Source of the DNA: the human T2T-CHM13v2.0 reference genome, Homo sapiens
Strand: one strand, 5' to 3'
Assembly: GCF_009914755.1 (NCBI RefSeq)
Contig: NC_060934.1
DNA: 64,000 nucleotides
In this document: positions 44,161-59,780 of the stretch, piece after piece
Position numbering within the stretch: the stretch's first letter is position 1
How the letters are laid out: each line of letters opens with the position of its first letter
Notes under the pieces: generated by a model
Told to the model about the DNA's origin: nothing
The model's database searches: none
Seen by the model: the letters and a program-made list of their open reading frames with translations, nothing else
Program-made: the position numbers and the translations under genes

Positions 44161-47016
44161 AACTAAAGGTAATCATTTTCTTATGAAATATCAAATATAT
44201 ATAAAAATAATATATTTATTATAAAACAATAAAAATCCCATTCACTAATCATTATTGAATACACATTTTAAATAATCATTTGCTGAACAAATATAAAGAA
44301 AGCATGAAGCCTAGGAGATGGTGGAAAAATGACTTATACGCGTTGAAGAAAAAAGCATCAAGATGTCAATAGATTTGAGTAGCTAACTAAATTAGATATA
44401 ATCTTTGATGGATAAATGTAAAGCTATAGACGGACGATCAAGGAGTAATGCATGAAGATGAGATGGCCTGATGCACACTTATGAGCATTTAAGTACAAGA
44501 GAAATCTGAGCCAAGAGAATGCCCCAAAAGTTCCTGAAGTTCTGGTAAGTGCTGATGGAAGGGGTGACCCACAGCCTCCACCTGGAGTTTAGACATCCCC
44601 TTTAGCTGAACATTGTCCTCTCCTGAAAGTTTGTTGAATAGTGAATTTGGAGATAGCAAGAACCTTTATCTCTGTATTTTTAATGGAAGAAGAATTATTC
44701 AAAACTCCAACCAAAGTCCTCAGTATGTTGAAGATACTCTTAAATACCCATATAACAACTATTCATGCACACATAAAGAATTTCATACATCCATTGCCCT
44801 GTTATTTAACACTTAAACTTGTTCTTTGAAATATTTGTGTGCAGAAGCTGAGCAGTATCAGAGACAAATTAAATTTTCATTTCATAACAAACATCTATCT
44901 CAATATACTTTATCATTCCAACTTTTCTTCTAAAATAATGGATTTTCAAGGCCTTTAAAACTCACTGACTTTCTTCAAAGGCTTTTTGACTTCCGTAGGA
45001 GACATATTTACGTAAAACCATGAGGGGAATTGAGAGTGATAATGAAAAATCCATCTATTAATAGCAAGCACAAGCAGGAGATGCTTGTTATTAGAATAAA
45101 AACACATAGACAATTGCAGAACACTCTGCTTCCTCTCACCAGGTCTGGCCTGCAATTAGACATTTTCACTGATGTGTATAAATAGAGTGGGGTTTAGAGT
45201 TTGATAATAACTTTTAGGTAAAATTTATTGTATATCATTGTAGCAAACATTCGTAGAATGAGAGTACATATAGTGAAAGATATATACATTGTGTCAGTTT
45301 GTGTCACTGGGAAGGATTCACTATCTGCCTTCTTAATGTGACACAGTAATTCAATTAATTGTGTAGGACTCCAGTCCCTGGCACATAGTACATGTTAAAA
45401 AAAAATTTGCTGAATTACTGACAGAAGGGGGAAGAATATAGACTACTGCATTGGGGTTATCAGTAGAGAGTACATAAAGAAAAATGTTTTTAATAATTAA
45501 AAATTCTAGTTAGAAAATAAAAAAGGAGATAGTGTGTTCTGTGTCTCTAGATGAACCCTTGCAGGAGGAGGAATATTTTAGGAATTTCGCTGAACAGATT
45601 CATCCCTAGTTGGATTTTTAGATGCAATAACCAGAAAAGATCCTCCCACCAATCCAAAGTCTCTGATTATCTGTTCAAGAATTTGTATATCCCAACTCTT
45701 TGTGTAGTTAAAAATTATAAATCAAATTGCTCTTTAATCTAGTTTTTATGTCAGGAACAAAACTCACATTTCAATTTAGAAATTTTGCAAAGGCCTGTTT
45801 TCCATTGCTATCATCATTTTTATTATTGTCTTAACCTTTACTTTTAAAAATCTATCATTTTAACATTATAATCATTAGAAGAAATGAACGTGAACTAAAA
45901 TGTATGTATTTTGTTTCATTTTTAATTTAACCATGTCTTTTACAAGTTAATGAGGATATTAATTTTTCAAATATAATTTTTAGTTTCTTTATTTTGCCTA
46001 AAATCTAAAAATAACTACCATATAAAACAAATATTATCTTGTTCACTCATCTTGGGAATATTCTTAGTACAAGAATGTGTTTATGATTTAATTGATGAAG
46101 AATGTAAATATACATCTACACATATTCATATGTATTAATTTTCATGTATTATATATGCATAAATTACCTTTTCAATGTACATATGTGCATATATTTCGTG
46201 TAAATGTACACTCTGTCTATCAGTAAATTTGTAGACATGCCTATGGGATTTGCAATCTAGTTAAGTTATTTCTTACTGTTACGTACTTTTCTGTTTTACT
46301 TATGGTTAACTGATGCAGGGAAGGCAGAGGCAAGGGACCCTCATTTTGGTATCCTATTTGGGGGCCTCTGCAATATGTGCTTTCTGGAGCCTGGACCATG
46401 CATACTAAGCTTTGTGGACTATCAGAGGTCCTACAAGCACACAATATTTAAAATTCTATAAGATCCATGTCTGCTGAGTACTTACCTGAGTGATTCACTT
46501 CACGAAGACCTGAAGGAAGTCAATGCAACATTTATGTTTCCATTCTCTCTACACCAGTGAGTATAATGTTCTTAGGACCAGTAAACATTGGGATCAGCCA
46601 TATGTTGGGAAGACACCAGCTAGTTCACCACCCATGGTACTTAGACCTATTCTTTTTTTTTTGAGTCATGATTAATGAATCCTATCATACTGGCTGTCAG
46701 AATTCTTTGGATTCAATTTGTAGATACCCTTGTCCATAGACTCATTAAGACAATTTTCATATTAGTGTGAATCAACATATATAAGTAACTTGAGTAACTC
46801 CTCCCAAGAATGCCCTTCTACTTTTAGCTATTAGATCCTAAATATACAAAAGTAAGAGGCTTTATAGAATACAACTGCATATTTTATTTCTTACTATATT
46901 CTGTTGAATTTTTCTCAGTTTGATTTTTTTTAAAAAATGGCAAATATAACAAACCCCAAAACAGTGGAGCACTTCTATTTCATTGTCAAACCCAATTGAC
47001 AAAAATTTGAAGTTAG

Positions 47017-47496
<480 letters not shown>

Positions 47497-48199
47497 TGAC
47501 AGCACCAGTGGATTGCTATTGTGTTTTTCAGAGAGGAACCACCAAATCAGAACTGTTAGACCTCAAACAGTTGTTTTTGACACAGAGTGGTGGAAGGGAG
47601 CCACTCAAGAAACCTTGCTTTATTATCTTAATGCTCTCAAAGCAATCTTTGTCATTTCCTTTGAATAGCACTTTGCGAGTTTCACTTGACATATGGCATG
47701 GCCCTCAGGGATATAGGCATTTGCTTTTCAGTCTAAACAAAAATCAAGTTTATAATTTTTATTTTTGTAACAATTTATGTCAGTATTCATCACAGAAAAG
47801 CATATTCCTCTTTTTCCTTCTGACTTACATTCCTCCTCAAGCTACCTGTAAGTAATGATCTTGAACAGTACACAACTGACAAGTGTTTCCTGCGTCGAAG
47901 AATGGTTGAGTGTGTGAGTGTAGAACAATAGAATTATAGTTTATAAATACTGGGATTTCAGGACTAATGTAATAAGGAGAAACCATCCTTCCTTTTTATA
48001 GCTTTGAGGGAATTGCAGGAACAACTACTGCAGCTTACAGTAGAACATAACTGTTTAGAATGCCTTTTAACAATTAGTATTTAGTGTCTCACTTTATTTC
48101 TAAGGCCACTGCACGTGATACAGAAGCCTGATGACAGTAGCATCCACATTCTTTTAAAAATGTGTAAAATAAGGTTATAAATGTTTACTTTTACAAAAA

Positions 48200-48720
48200 T
48201 TCATTGATTCCCTCCTTTATTCAATAAAATGTATCAAGCACATACTACATGATAGGCTCTGTATTAGGTACCCATGTGCAAAATAGACGTTTCCTGCCCT
48301 TGAGAAGCGTACAGCTTAGTTGAGAAATTTACTAGTCACATAAAACCACAAATAAATGTATAAGGTAAGCTGTGATACTGCTATTATGAAGAGGCACAGG
48401 ATGCTGTAAGAACACATAAATAGGGGTTTCAATGAAGGCTTGCTTAAGGTGTTAATATTAGAATTGAGCTGTAAAGGATGAAAATGAATTGCTTAGATGA
48501 AAGAGGTGACACCAGAGGGAGCGGGCAGGGAAAGGGGGAGAGTGTTCCAGGAATGCAGAGAGACAGTGGGAAGAAATGAGGTCATTTAAGTGGCCAAGCC
48601 AGGTCAAGCTGGGCTTGTTAGTCACTAACATATTTTGTTTTTTATCCTCAGACTATAAAGTATGGAATGAAATAATCGTATTTGTGTACTTAAAAATCAC
48701 TCTGGATGCTATGAAAATAT
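48200..48720 (-). mobile_element. L2 fragment
   Basis: 'ttcaataaaatgtatcaagcacatactacatgataggctctgtattagg...tcctgcccttgagaagc'. Confidence 0.75.
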
Positions 48721-49264
48721 AATGACATTGAGTACTGCTTTCAATAAGTCACAGTGGAATCTTGCAAATATTTAAAATAAGTCAACCACCAAAACAAGAA
48801 TTGTATTTGAGTTAACAGTATGTCCACAGAAGGGTTTAATTGGATTAGAGCTTTGAAAACTGTAAGTAGAAACACAAATTGCTTCAGAGAATTTATAATC
48901 CTGGAATGATATTTCCCATGCCCAGAGAGAAACCCATTCCTCTTGTTACTGTCTTCAGAACCACAGAGCATGTCATTAAATAGCAGCTTAGATGGCTGTG
49001 CAGGCCTACTAGGGTGCAGATGGATTGGATAGGGGTCAGGTTGCATTGGAGTTTCTTAGAAGCTTCACTTCACCTAACGTTGGCAAAACAGCTGGACCTC
49101 AGAGAACTGCATGCACGAGGTACCAGATACACGAAAAGAGGCAAAGCGTGACACAGTGAAATAACAGGTACTGATGTTGAGACTTGTGAGGTGGCGCCTG
49201 GTTTCTAGACCAGGAAGTTTTCTTACTCATCTCTTCTTACAATGGGTGAGGCACCGGGCACACA

Positions 49265-49440
49265 TGAGCGTATTTAACTTTCCAACAGCCATGTGAGGTA
49301 TAGAGTGTCAGCTCCTTTTTAATAAGTGAGAAAAATGAGGTTTAGAGAATTTAAATACTAATACCCAAAGTCATACGGGGCATGAGGACAAGATTCAGAC
49401 TCATGTCTGCCAGCTCCAAACCAGGATTTATCTGAGCTTA
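49265..49440 (-). mobile_element. MIR SINE
   Basis: 'aacagccatgtgaggta...tgagaaaaatgaggtttagaga...cccaaagtcatac'. Confidence 0.75.
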
Positions 49441-50249
49441 TGTCACTCATTTAAAATTGGTATTTGAATTCGTATTTATTTTTGAAGGTGTTCATACAAA
49501 GAAAACAAAAAGAAACGGAGTCTGGATTGTAGAAAACATATAAAACCTATATCAAAAATCATCTAATAGTGATAGATAGAGAAGTTTCATATTGAAATAA
49601 GCTTTTAGAAAACTGCTCTGGTAAATTAATTGGTACAAACTAAGAATAAAAATGGGATGGTTAGCATAGCTTGTTTGTCACAAGAAACAGAAACTTCACC
49701 TGCCTTTTTCCCTGTGAAGTGTTGGTGCAGTGACAGGATTCGCCTCTCTTATTAATAGTCTGTCAAAATCCAGGAAAATCATGTGATGCTTCAGAGATTT
49801 TTCTACTGAGTGAATATATTTGATTAAACACCATCTGCAAAAATCCTCATCACCCAAGAAAATAACAGATCGTAGATCTAACACATGCTTTACATGTGTC
49901 AAGAAATATGTTGGTCAAATCAAGAGATAAGCACATAGGTTTAGCTGAAGTCCAACTTAAAACAGCTGCTTTCAAATTCCTTGCTAAGCCAGGAAGCTTG
50001 ACTGATGGGACCCAGAGTGATCTCCCTGTCTCCCCTCCTAGCTGTTTCTTCTCACCTCTGAAGTTACTTTTTCCACATTGAGGGGGCCTTTCATGAGTAC
50101 CAGGGAGAATGAGTCAATTGAGTTCATGCAAAAAAAGAATCCCATCCTTTCAAGAAAGGAGGGAGAAAAGAGGAGGGAAAGAAGATATTTAAGGGGTTTT
50201 GCTATTTTATCTGGCTTAAGTTAAACTTGTAATGTCAAAAAATATAGTC

Positions 50250-50900
50250 TGAGGAAAATATGAGTAAATTTTATCTTTCCTTGAGGTGGATCCTTTTTAG
50301 TCATTGGAGCAAAGTCAAAAACTGTAACAGAAAATATTGATAAATTTAATATAAAAATGTTAAATGTTATTGTGTCAGATGAAGATAAATACAATTAAAT
50401 TTAAGTGACAAACTGGAAAAATAATAATGACATTAATTACAGAATAAGTATATTAGGTAAATAAAAGCTCATAGTTTAGTAAGAAAAAGATAAATGATAG
50501 GAAAAAAACGAACAAAGGATATGACTAGGCAGGTCACAAAAGAAGAAATAAAAACTACCAAGAAACATTTAAAAACATTTCAATCTTGTTGGTGTTCAAA
50601 GCCACACAGATGAAAACAATATTTTTGCCTATCAAATTAATATATTTTTACAATGTAACCCCCATTGTTTATGTAATGAAAAAGGCACAACTTTCCTTAT
50701 TGGCAAGTTGGCAATATGTCACAAGTCAGTATAATGTCTAAACTTATCCAGTAATTTACCTTTGTAAAATTGTTCAAAAGAATACTTGGACATGTATGCA
50801 GTTATTTGTGCTACATAATTATTTATAATGGTGAAATATCTTTAATAAATGTAATGTCCACCAATAGAGGATTGGCTACTTAATTTATGTACTCTGCCCC
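50250..50900 (+). mobile_element. Ancient L1ME ORF2 3' fragment
   Basis: 'gaaaatattgataaattt...gtgacaaactggaaaa...aacaaaggatatgactaggcaggtcacaaaagaagaaata'. Confidence 0.7.
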
Positions 50901-50954
50901 CATAGTACCCTGTAAACTCAGTTTTTAAGTCTCCACAAATTTATGTTAATTTTT

Positions 50955-51710
50955 ATCATTCATTGATTCAATAACTAAATATCCATTAAGTGCCTACTGA
51001 GTGTGTTGGGTACCCATGAAGACACAGGTGATCCAGCAGTGGGCAAACAGAGGAAAATTCTTGTCATACTAGAGAACCAAATGATTCAATGACAATGAGT
51101 AAAGCATGTTTTGCATCAGATGGTGAGGAGTGCCATTGAGAAATGCTGAGCAAGGATGGGGATAATGCTAGAGTTAGGTGGAGGAAGGGACAGTGTGATT
51201 TTAAATAGGGTGTTAGGGAAGGCTTAGTGATAAAGTGACAAGTGATTCAAAACTCGCCTGATATGAGGAACAGAAACCTGCTGATATCAGAGAGAAGGGC
51301 ATCCCAGGCAGAGGAAGGGCGCAATGGAAGCCTTGAGGGGAGAGCATGCTGGATGTGTTTGAATAACAGCAGAAGGGACACTGTTGCTGAGCAAAGAGAA
51401 CCAATGGCAGAATAGCAGGAGAAGAGGTTGCAGAGAATGAAGAGAACCCCATAGGCCATTGTGAGGATGCGGGCTTTTTACTCAGAAAGGGATGGGAAGC
51501 TGTTGGAGGGCTTGGTTGATGAAGTGACATTATTTTACTTACATTTCAACATCATCACTCTGGACACTGTGTCAAGAATTGGCTGAAGGGACGCTGTGGA
51601 GCCAAGGAGACCATTTAAGAAGCTATTGTAATAATGAAGGAAAAAGATGTTGGGAATGTGAGCTGTTGTAGTAAGGGTGGAGATAGTAGGGAAGGGTTTG
51701 GTTGATATAC
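50955..51710 (-). mobile_element. L2a fragment
   Basis: 'cattcattgattcaa...ttaagtgcctactg...ttttaaatagggtgttagggaaggc...atcactctggacactgtg'. Confidence 0.85.
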
Positions 51711-52579
51711 TTGAAAATTTTATATTGTTTGAATGTCTTAATTTTATTTTTAATAAGCAATATGTTTACATGATTCAAAAGTCAAAATTATTTTAAAAGT
51801 GCATACACACAGTCCAGTCCTTCTGAATCCCATTTTATTAATTACCTATTTGTTCTTCCAATGGTTCTTTATATGTATATGTCTACTCCTGTAGGGTGTG
51901 TGTATGTGTGTGTGAATAAAGGAAGGCATCAAATGGATTATGCTAGCTTTTGTCTCCCTTTCTTACCCAAACATGTTTGCATATGATATAAAACTGCACA
52001 GTACTTACTTTTCTCACCTAAAAATGTATGATTATATTTTGAATATAGAGCCAACAGGACTTTCTGAAAGATTGCATTAAAGGTATTAAGAAGGAGAAAC
52101 ATGAAGTGTGATTTTAAGTCACCGGAAGAAGCGTGTTGCCTTTGGGATAATTGCTTGTTCAGCATCTTTCTTCCCTGACTTAACGGGAGAGACCATAGCT
52201 AGATGGTTCCCATCTACTTCAGTAACCAGTAAATGTTAGAAGCCGCATATTTACTGTTGAATAATGAGTGATTGATAGGATAAATATTGTATACATAAAC
52301 TAAAAGAGAATTCAAGTAGCAGGATAAAATTTGTTTTCATATATATTTAATGTTTTGAGAAAGTGCTTCTAGGACTTTGGTGAAATAAATATTTGCTCTG
52401 CTTATAGAACGTGCTGCAGATACACAGAGAGTATGTTGGTATCTATACTTTAAAAATTTGCTGAAAGTACATACACAAGAATTTTAATAGTAGTTATCTC
52501 TTGGGGTTGGGATTATAGATGACTTTTTTTTTTGCTTCATTATTTTATGTCTTTTCTGATTTATTTATTATAAACACAT

Positions 52580-52912
<333 letters not shown>

Positions 52913-53659
52913 TAGACACATCTTTATAAAATTAGGAAGAAGTGAAAAAAAAAAATAAGGGATGTGATCCCTTATGTGAAATTTTGTTTTTCCTAAGTTG
53001 AAAAATGATAGAACAATGTGTAATGTGTACAAGTGACAACAAAATAAAGGAGAGTTTCACTACTTCTTAAGATAAACCCTGGAGCAGACTACCTGAAAAT
53101 ATTAGGAAATTTTCACTTTAGAGATGCGTGAGATCGGGCAGCCAGAAAATGACACAGCAAGGAAGGACTCCTGTCATTTGATGACACTCATAGTCTGTCA
53201 GGGCATTAATCAGGGTATAGAAATATAACATCTGTCACAAATTCTGTGAGATGTTCTTGCTGATTTCTTCTATATACAGTGTTATTTTGACATTCTGTAT
53301 ATAAAATATGGCACTTTTTATCCATGATCAGATTTTCAAAATGATATCTGTGCCAGTGACCTACATTTTTGTCTCACTTGACAATGACTTGGGGCTCTTT
53401 CCCTATTAGATCATATAGGGAATGTCTACCTCATTCTCTTTTTTGCCATTTTCATGGTACGATTTATATTATATAATAGGGATGTGCTATAATTTATCTG
53501 GTGTCTTCCATATTGGTAGACAAATATATTTGTCCTCATTTTTTACTATTACTTAGAACGCTGTAATTAATGCCGCAAATATTGCTCAAATGTAATTTCT
53601 TTACGATAGTTTCCTAGTATTGGAATTGTTGAATTAAATAGTATATGTACTTGAAATTT

Positions 53660-54400
53660 ATTCATTACTTCATTCAAACATGCAACAAATTTTATGAAAC
53701 ATTTACTCCTACGTCAGACATGGTTTTAGAATTAGAGATTTAGTCATGAACAAATTAAACCGAATTCCTGTACTTTTGCAGCTTAAATACCAGTGGCAAA
53801 ACCAGACAATCAATAAGTAAACGAGTATATTTTTGTGAGTATGTGTGTATATAAAATATGAAAAGAGAGATACAGCAGCATAGCATCAAATAGTGATGAG
53901 TTCTCTGAAAAAAAAAAACAGCAGGGTTTGGGAATGAAGGACAACGTGGCTGCTGTCAGTTAGGGTGCTCAGAGATGGCCAATGTGAAAAGATTTGACAG
54001 AGGTCTGGATATAATGAAAGAATCTGAATTTCTGGGGTGGGGTGTTCCACGTGAGGTTCTAAGGCAGAATCATCCTTGCTGTGCTCAGGGATGAGTATCT
54101 GGAGTGCAATGGGCAGTGGAAGAGGATTGGGGATCCCAGTGGAGATGTAGTCAAAGGCTGGTAGGAAATACCAGTGGAGAGGAAGGTGGGATAGTAGAAA
54201 CGTTGGATTTTACTCTAAGAATGATCAGAACTCATTGGATTGTTTTGAGCCGAAATGTGACATGATCTCATTTGTATTTAAAATATAATTTTGGTTGCTT
54301 TTTTGAAAAAATAGACTATAACACAGCAGTATTGGAAGCAGAAATCTCATTGGAGAGGCTACCATAGCAGGCTAGACAAAAGATAAGAGTGCCTTGGAGT
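53660..54400 (-). mobile_element. L2 fragment nested in an old L1ME (about 53200-55230, minus strand)
   Basis: 'ttcattcaaacatgcaacaaatttt...gacatgatctcatttgtattt'; flanks 'ttcctagtattggaattg' and 'gccagcagtatatgaaa' are L1ME-like. Confidence 0.65.
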
Positions 54401-54410
54401 AATTGTTCTA

Positions 54411-54690
54411 AACACTTTGGGAGGCCCAGGTGGGAGGAACTCTTGAAGCCAGGAGTTTGAGACCAGCCTGAGGTACATAGCAAGACTCTCTCTCTACAAA
54501 CAAAGTTTTAAAAAAAGATTAGCTGGGCATAGTAGTGTGTGCCTGTAGTCTTAGCTACTTAGGAGGCGGAAGCAAGAGGATCTCTTGAGCCCAGGAATTG
54601 GAGGCTGCAGTGAGCTGCAATCCTGTCATTGTACTTCAGCCTGGGAGACAGAGCTAGACCCTGTCCCCTCCCACACCAAAAACTAAAAAT
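54411..54690 (+). mobile_element. AluJ, 5'-truncated
   Basis: 'ggatctcttgagcccaggaattggaggctgcagtgagc'. Confidence 0.93.
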
Positions 54691-56302
54691 CATTTAAAAT
54701 GTTCATAAATTCAGCCACATTGTCCTCCAATATGACTTTATCAAACCTGTCTTTTGCCAGCAGTATATGAAATTCTCCTTCCCAAATCCTCAAAAGCAGT
54801 GGGTCTCCATCACTTTTTTTGTGCTCGGCATCATACTTGGCGTAGAGTTGGCCTTTGATCATTATCTGTTGAATCGATGAATGAATTTAAGTGTCACTAT
54901 TTTGATGCTTAGCGATATAAACTTGTTTTGATTTGCATGGTTTGAACTTCAAGATCTTTTCTTACACTGCTTAGAAACTTGTTTTTCTTCATGAAATACC
55001 TGTTCATGACATTTATTTATTTTGCTCTTAGATTTTCTTATGTATATGTTGGACTTCTTGATGTTTTCCAGGTATTATAACTTTGTTATGTGTTGTGTAT
55101 GTGGCAGTATGTGGTTTTTGTAGACTTTATTTTTGTGTCTTTGATAGTACCAAGTTGTAGATTTTGATGGATACATTTTATACATTTTTGGTTTTGTGAT
55201 CATTTTGGGAAAGTTAGCAGTCTTTCATATCCAATATTTTATTCTCACTATTTGGTTATATACAGATAGAAAAATGAAGATTTAGCATGTTTAAGAAATT
55301 TAAGGAAAAACAAGTTCTGTGAATCTCATGGTCAGCCCTTTCTCCAAAGGGTTGATTTTTCAGGTGTGCTTCATCATGTAATATGAAAAAACAGAAAGTA
55401 GTGTGACTGGGGAGAATGGAAGGATAGTATATGAAGCATGATTACAATTTTATTTAATATTAAAAACTACCTTATAGCTAGATGTATGGATGATTTTTTA
55501 TTTTCCTTATACGTTCTGTAATTTCCATTTTTTCGAAGTGTATGCTGTGTGTGTGAGAGTGTGTGTCTGTGTGTGTAATGAGACATTAAAGTGGCCCTAG
55601 TCCAGCAGGAAATGACATGTCTGGGGCAACAGGGTAGCAAAACTTCAGATAAGGAAATCTGAAATGAACAGATGCCCAGGCTTGAACAGAGAGTAGAATT
55701 AAGTGGTTTTTCACTGGAATTATGGAGGGAGAATGAAATTTCTGAAAATCATAATGGAATGGGAGGAAAAAAAGTAAACATAGTTAAAAAAAAAAAACGA
55801 TCATTTAAAGAAGACTAGGAAATGAGTAAAAAGACTGAGGGAGGAAGGGGAATTCTAAGTGAAACGATAGGGGTCCATATCACATTGCATCCTGTTAAAG
55901 CTGTGTCAAAAGTGTATGTTTCTTGGCCAATGGAGTACTGGATATGGAAGACATCTTCTAGTTAGGGCAGCAATACATGACAGACATCGATAATCAGTCA
56001 GAGCCCTCCTTCACTTCTTTGCTAAGTCTTCACAGTGCAGGTCTTAAGTAAAATGTGTCAGGGTTGATGCTCAAACATAAACTGTGTCCCGCGTAACTGT
56101 AGTTGCACGCCCTCATTGTGAATATAAGTAAGACAGAGAAAGATCTTGTCCTCAGTCGTCCAGCTCTGATTATATCTACCTTTACCAAGTACATTTCACT
56201 ATGATTATTTTGGTGCTCATTATCCATTTGATTTCTCCTTGGATGATTACTTTGTGGAGCAACAGAAAGAGCATTTGTAGGATGACTCAGGAATAAACCT
56301 GT

Positions 56303-56724
56303 TGATATAGTTTGGTTGCTTGTTTCCGTCAAATCTCATGTTGAAATGTTTCCCCAATGTTGGAGGTGGGCCTAATGGGAGGTGTTTGTATCAGGGGGGT
56401 GGGTGGATTCCCCATGAATGGCTTGGTGCCATACCCATGGTATGAGTGAGTTCTAGCTCTGGCAGTTCACAGGAGAGCTCCTTGTTTAAAGGTGTCTGGC
56501 ACCTCCTCTTCTCTCTCTCTTGCTCCCTCTGTTCCCATGTGACATGCCAGCTCCCCCTTTACCTTCTGCCATAAGTGGAAACTTCCTGAGGCTCTCATGA
56601 GAAGCAGACGCTGACACTATGCTTCTCATATAGCCTGCAGAACCGTCAGTCAAGCAAACCTCTTTTCTTAATAAATTATCCAGTCTCAGGTATTCCTCTA
56701 TAGCAAGGCAAATTAACCAGTATA
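56303..56724 (+). mobile_element. MST (MSTB-like) MaLR solo LTR
   Basis: Start 'tgatatagtttgg', 'aaatctcatgttgaaatg', AATAAA then 'cagtctcaggtattc'; 5-bp TSD cctgt (56298-56302) / cctgc (56725-56729). Confidence 0.93.
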
Positions 56725-58124
56725 CCTGCATTGAGTTGCCTCCAGGATGACTGGCCTATGTGTCCTTGATTGCTTCATCTGTAAAAAGGCATGTTGATAC
56801 TGGACTTACTGGGTAGATAAATCCCCATTGTTTTTTGATCTATGCTTCTATGATTCTTATGAGACTGCAACCCTAGAATAAAATTTTGGCAAAATGATAG
56901 CAAATAACACAGCCATTTATAATGGAAAACTAGAGAAATTTCCATTTAATAAGTCAAAATATGATTTTAGAGCCAGCATGAACACACATCAGCCATTTTT
57001 CACTTCTGTAATAATATTAATGTCTACATTTATTTGCTGTATAGAAAATAGTGCTCATTGCACATTAGTTTTTTGAGATTCAGGAAAAACAAATCATCAG
57101 CACTCTTTGACACTTAATCCATCTCAATGTCATTATATCTTTGAATTAAGTTATTAATTACCCTTAATTAAATTCATTTTAAATGGTGGTGCTTTCATTC
57201 CTAAGTGCTTATTTTGTAATTCCTGGAAAAGTCATAAATTCCACTCAGTTTAACAAATATTAAAATCATTTCATGCAAGGTATAGTTCTAGATATTTTAG
57301 GTAACCACTAATTTCATATCCCTTGGGGTAAAAAAATAAACATGCTTCCATCTCTTGTAACTATAACTTCTGTTAGAGCTTTGCTCTTGGCTTATACTTT
57401 CTGGAAGAAGTAGGGGTTGGCACAGGAATGGGAGAGGAAATGATCTCAATGATTAAAAGAAGGATTTGACCAATTCCTAAGGGCAAGCAAACATCTTGAA
57501 GTTTAAAGAAATCTCATACACGTCTTTCTATAGGGAGCATTAGATGATGGATAATGGGCTGTGTTGCCAACATAACTTTTACATTAGATGGTGTAATTAA
57601 TTTTTCATGATTTTGTTTATTGAGACTATGTATTTAGAATGAAATTATATCAGAAATAACCTAGTGCAAGGAATTATTCAAGGCCAAACTTAAGTTCTAA
57701 TATGTTTGGTATCTAGCGGCCTCCAGGCATAGCAGGTATACAGCTAAGAGGCATGGAGCAATTTCAGTTTCTTTAGGCAGCTTTTCTCTCAATTATTTCT
57801 CTTACTTTGTCTTTGAGAGACGCAAGCAATCTCCAGTTGGGCCCTTGGGACAAGGCATGGTGGCCAATATGCTAAATGGCAGCTGATCCATACACTGTTT
57901 CTTTCTCTCTGTCTCTGTCTCTCTAAATACAAAAAAAAAGTTGAAAATTAAAAAAAAATTTTTTTTAATTATTCTATTTACCTACTCTTGTTATGTAAGT
58001 GTGGTATGTGTATTACCTATTGGCTTCACTTTTAGGTCATGGAGGACAATGATCTACATCCTAATAGGTGGTTTTCCAGTTTTCCTCAGAGTAGGAAAGA
58101 TTGTCTAGGAAAAATGAAAAATAG

Positions 58125-58462
<338 letters not shown>

Positions 58463-58886
58463 TACACCTTATTTAAAGCCACAGGAGATGAGAAAGAAGT
58501 GATGGTCTATTCCCAAAACCTTAACAATTATTTCTCCTGAAGGCATAATGCATCTTTAAGTGCTAATATTTTTTAAACTGCGATAGAAGTATTTCATGAT
58601 GCGAAACAAATGCTGTCTAATGGTGTGGGGCTCATAAGTATTTTGCAGAAATTAAGTTGCACAGAACATCCCAGGCATTTCCTGTAGTAGCCACAAACAG
58701 GTGATTAGGTTGCCTGGGGAAAGGACATAGCAAAGGCTTTGGTTGGTGACTTCCTTGAGTTGCCTGGATTTTGCAAACAGTGGTGCACTCATCAAATTTT
58801 TACTGCAGATGTGTGTATATGTGTGTTTGTGTATATGTGTTGATAAAACGTGTTGTATTAATTAATGAATTCTTTATGAATAATAG

Positions 58887-59169
<283 letters not shown>

Positions 59170-59780
59170 TAGACTTTATATTTAAGAGCAGTTTTAGGTT
59201 CACAGCAAAATTGAAAGGAAGGTACAGAGATTTCCCATATACCTACTGCCCCCACACATGCACCACCTTCCACATTATCAATATCCTCCACCAAAGGGAT
59301 ACATTTGTTATTATTATTACCCAGAATCCATAGTTGACATTAGGGTTCACTCTAGATTTTGTATATTCTGTGGGTTTTAACAAATATGTAACGACATGCA
59401 CCCACCAATACAGAATAGTTTCACTGCCGTAAAAATTCTCTGTGCTCTGTCTATTCATCCCTCTCCACCCCCAAACCCCTGGCAATCACTGGTCTTTTTA
59501 CTGTCTCCATGCATTTGCCTTTTCTAGGAAGTCAGAGTTGGATTTCTACAGTACCTAGAGTTTTAAAATTGGCTTCTTTCACTTAGCAATATGCATTTAA
59601 ATTTCCTTCATATCTTTTCATGGCTTGATAGAATGCTGAATAATATTCTGTTGCCTGGATGTACCACCAGATATAGGTATCCTATATCTGGATTCCGACT
59701 GAAGGACATCTTGGTTGCTTCCAAGTTTTGGGAACTATGAATAAAGATTTATTTGGTTATGAATCAAGCTGCTATAAATA
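59170..59780 (-). mobile_element. L1MC1-type 3' end
   Basis: 'agagcagttttaggttcacagcaaaattg...ggtacagagatttcccatatac...tgaaggacatcttggttgcttccaagttttgg'. Confidence 0.9.

Noticed and set aside
44541-44550. Strong donor CTG|GTAAGT
   Set aside because: No matching upstream acceptor or promoter visible; isolated consensus donors are common.
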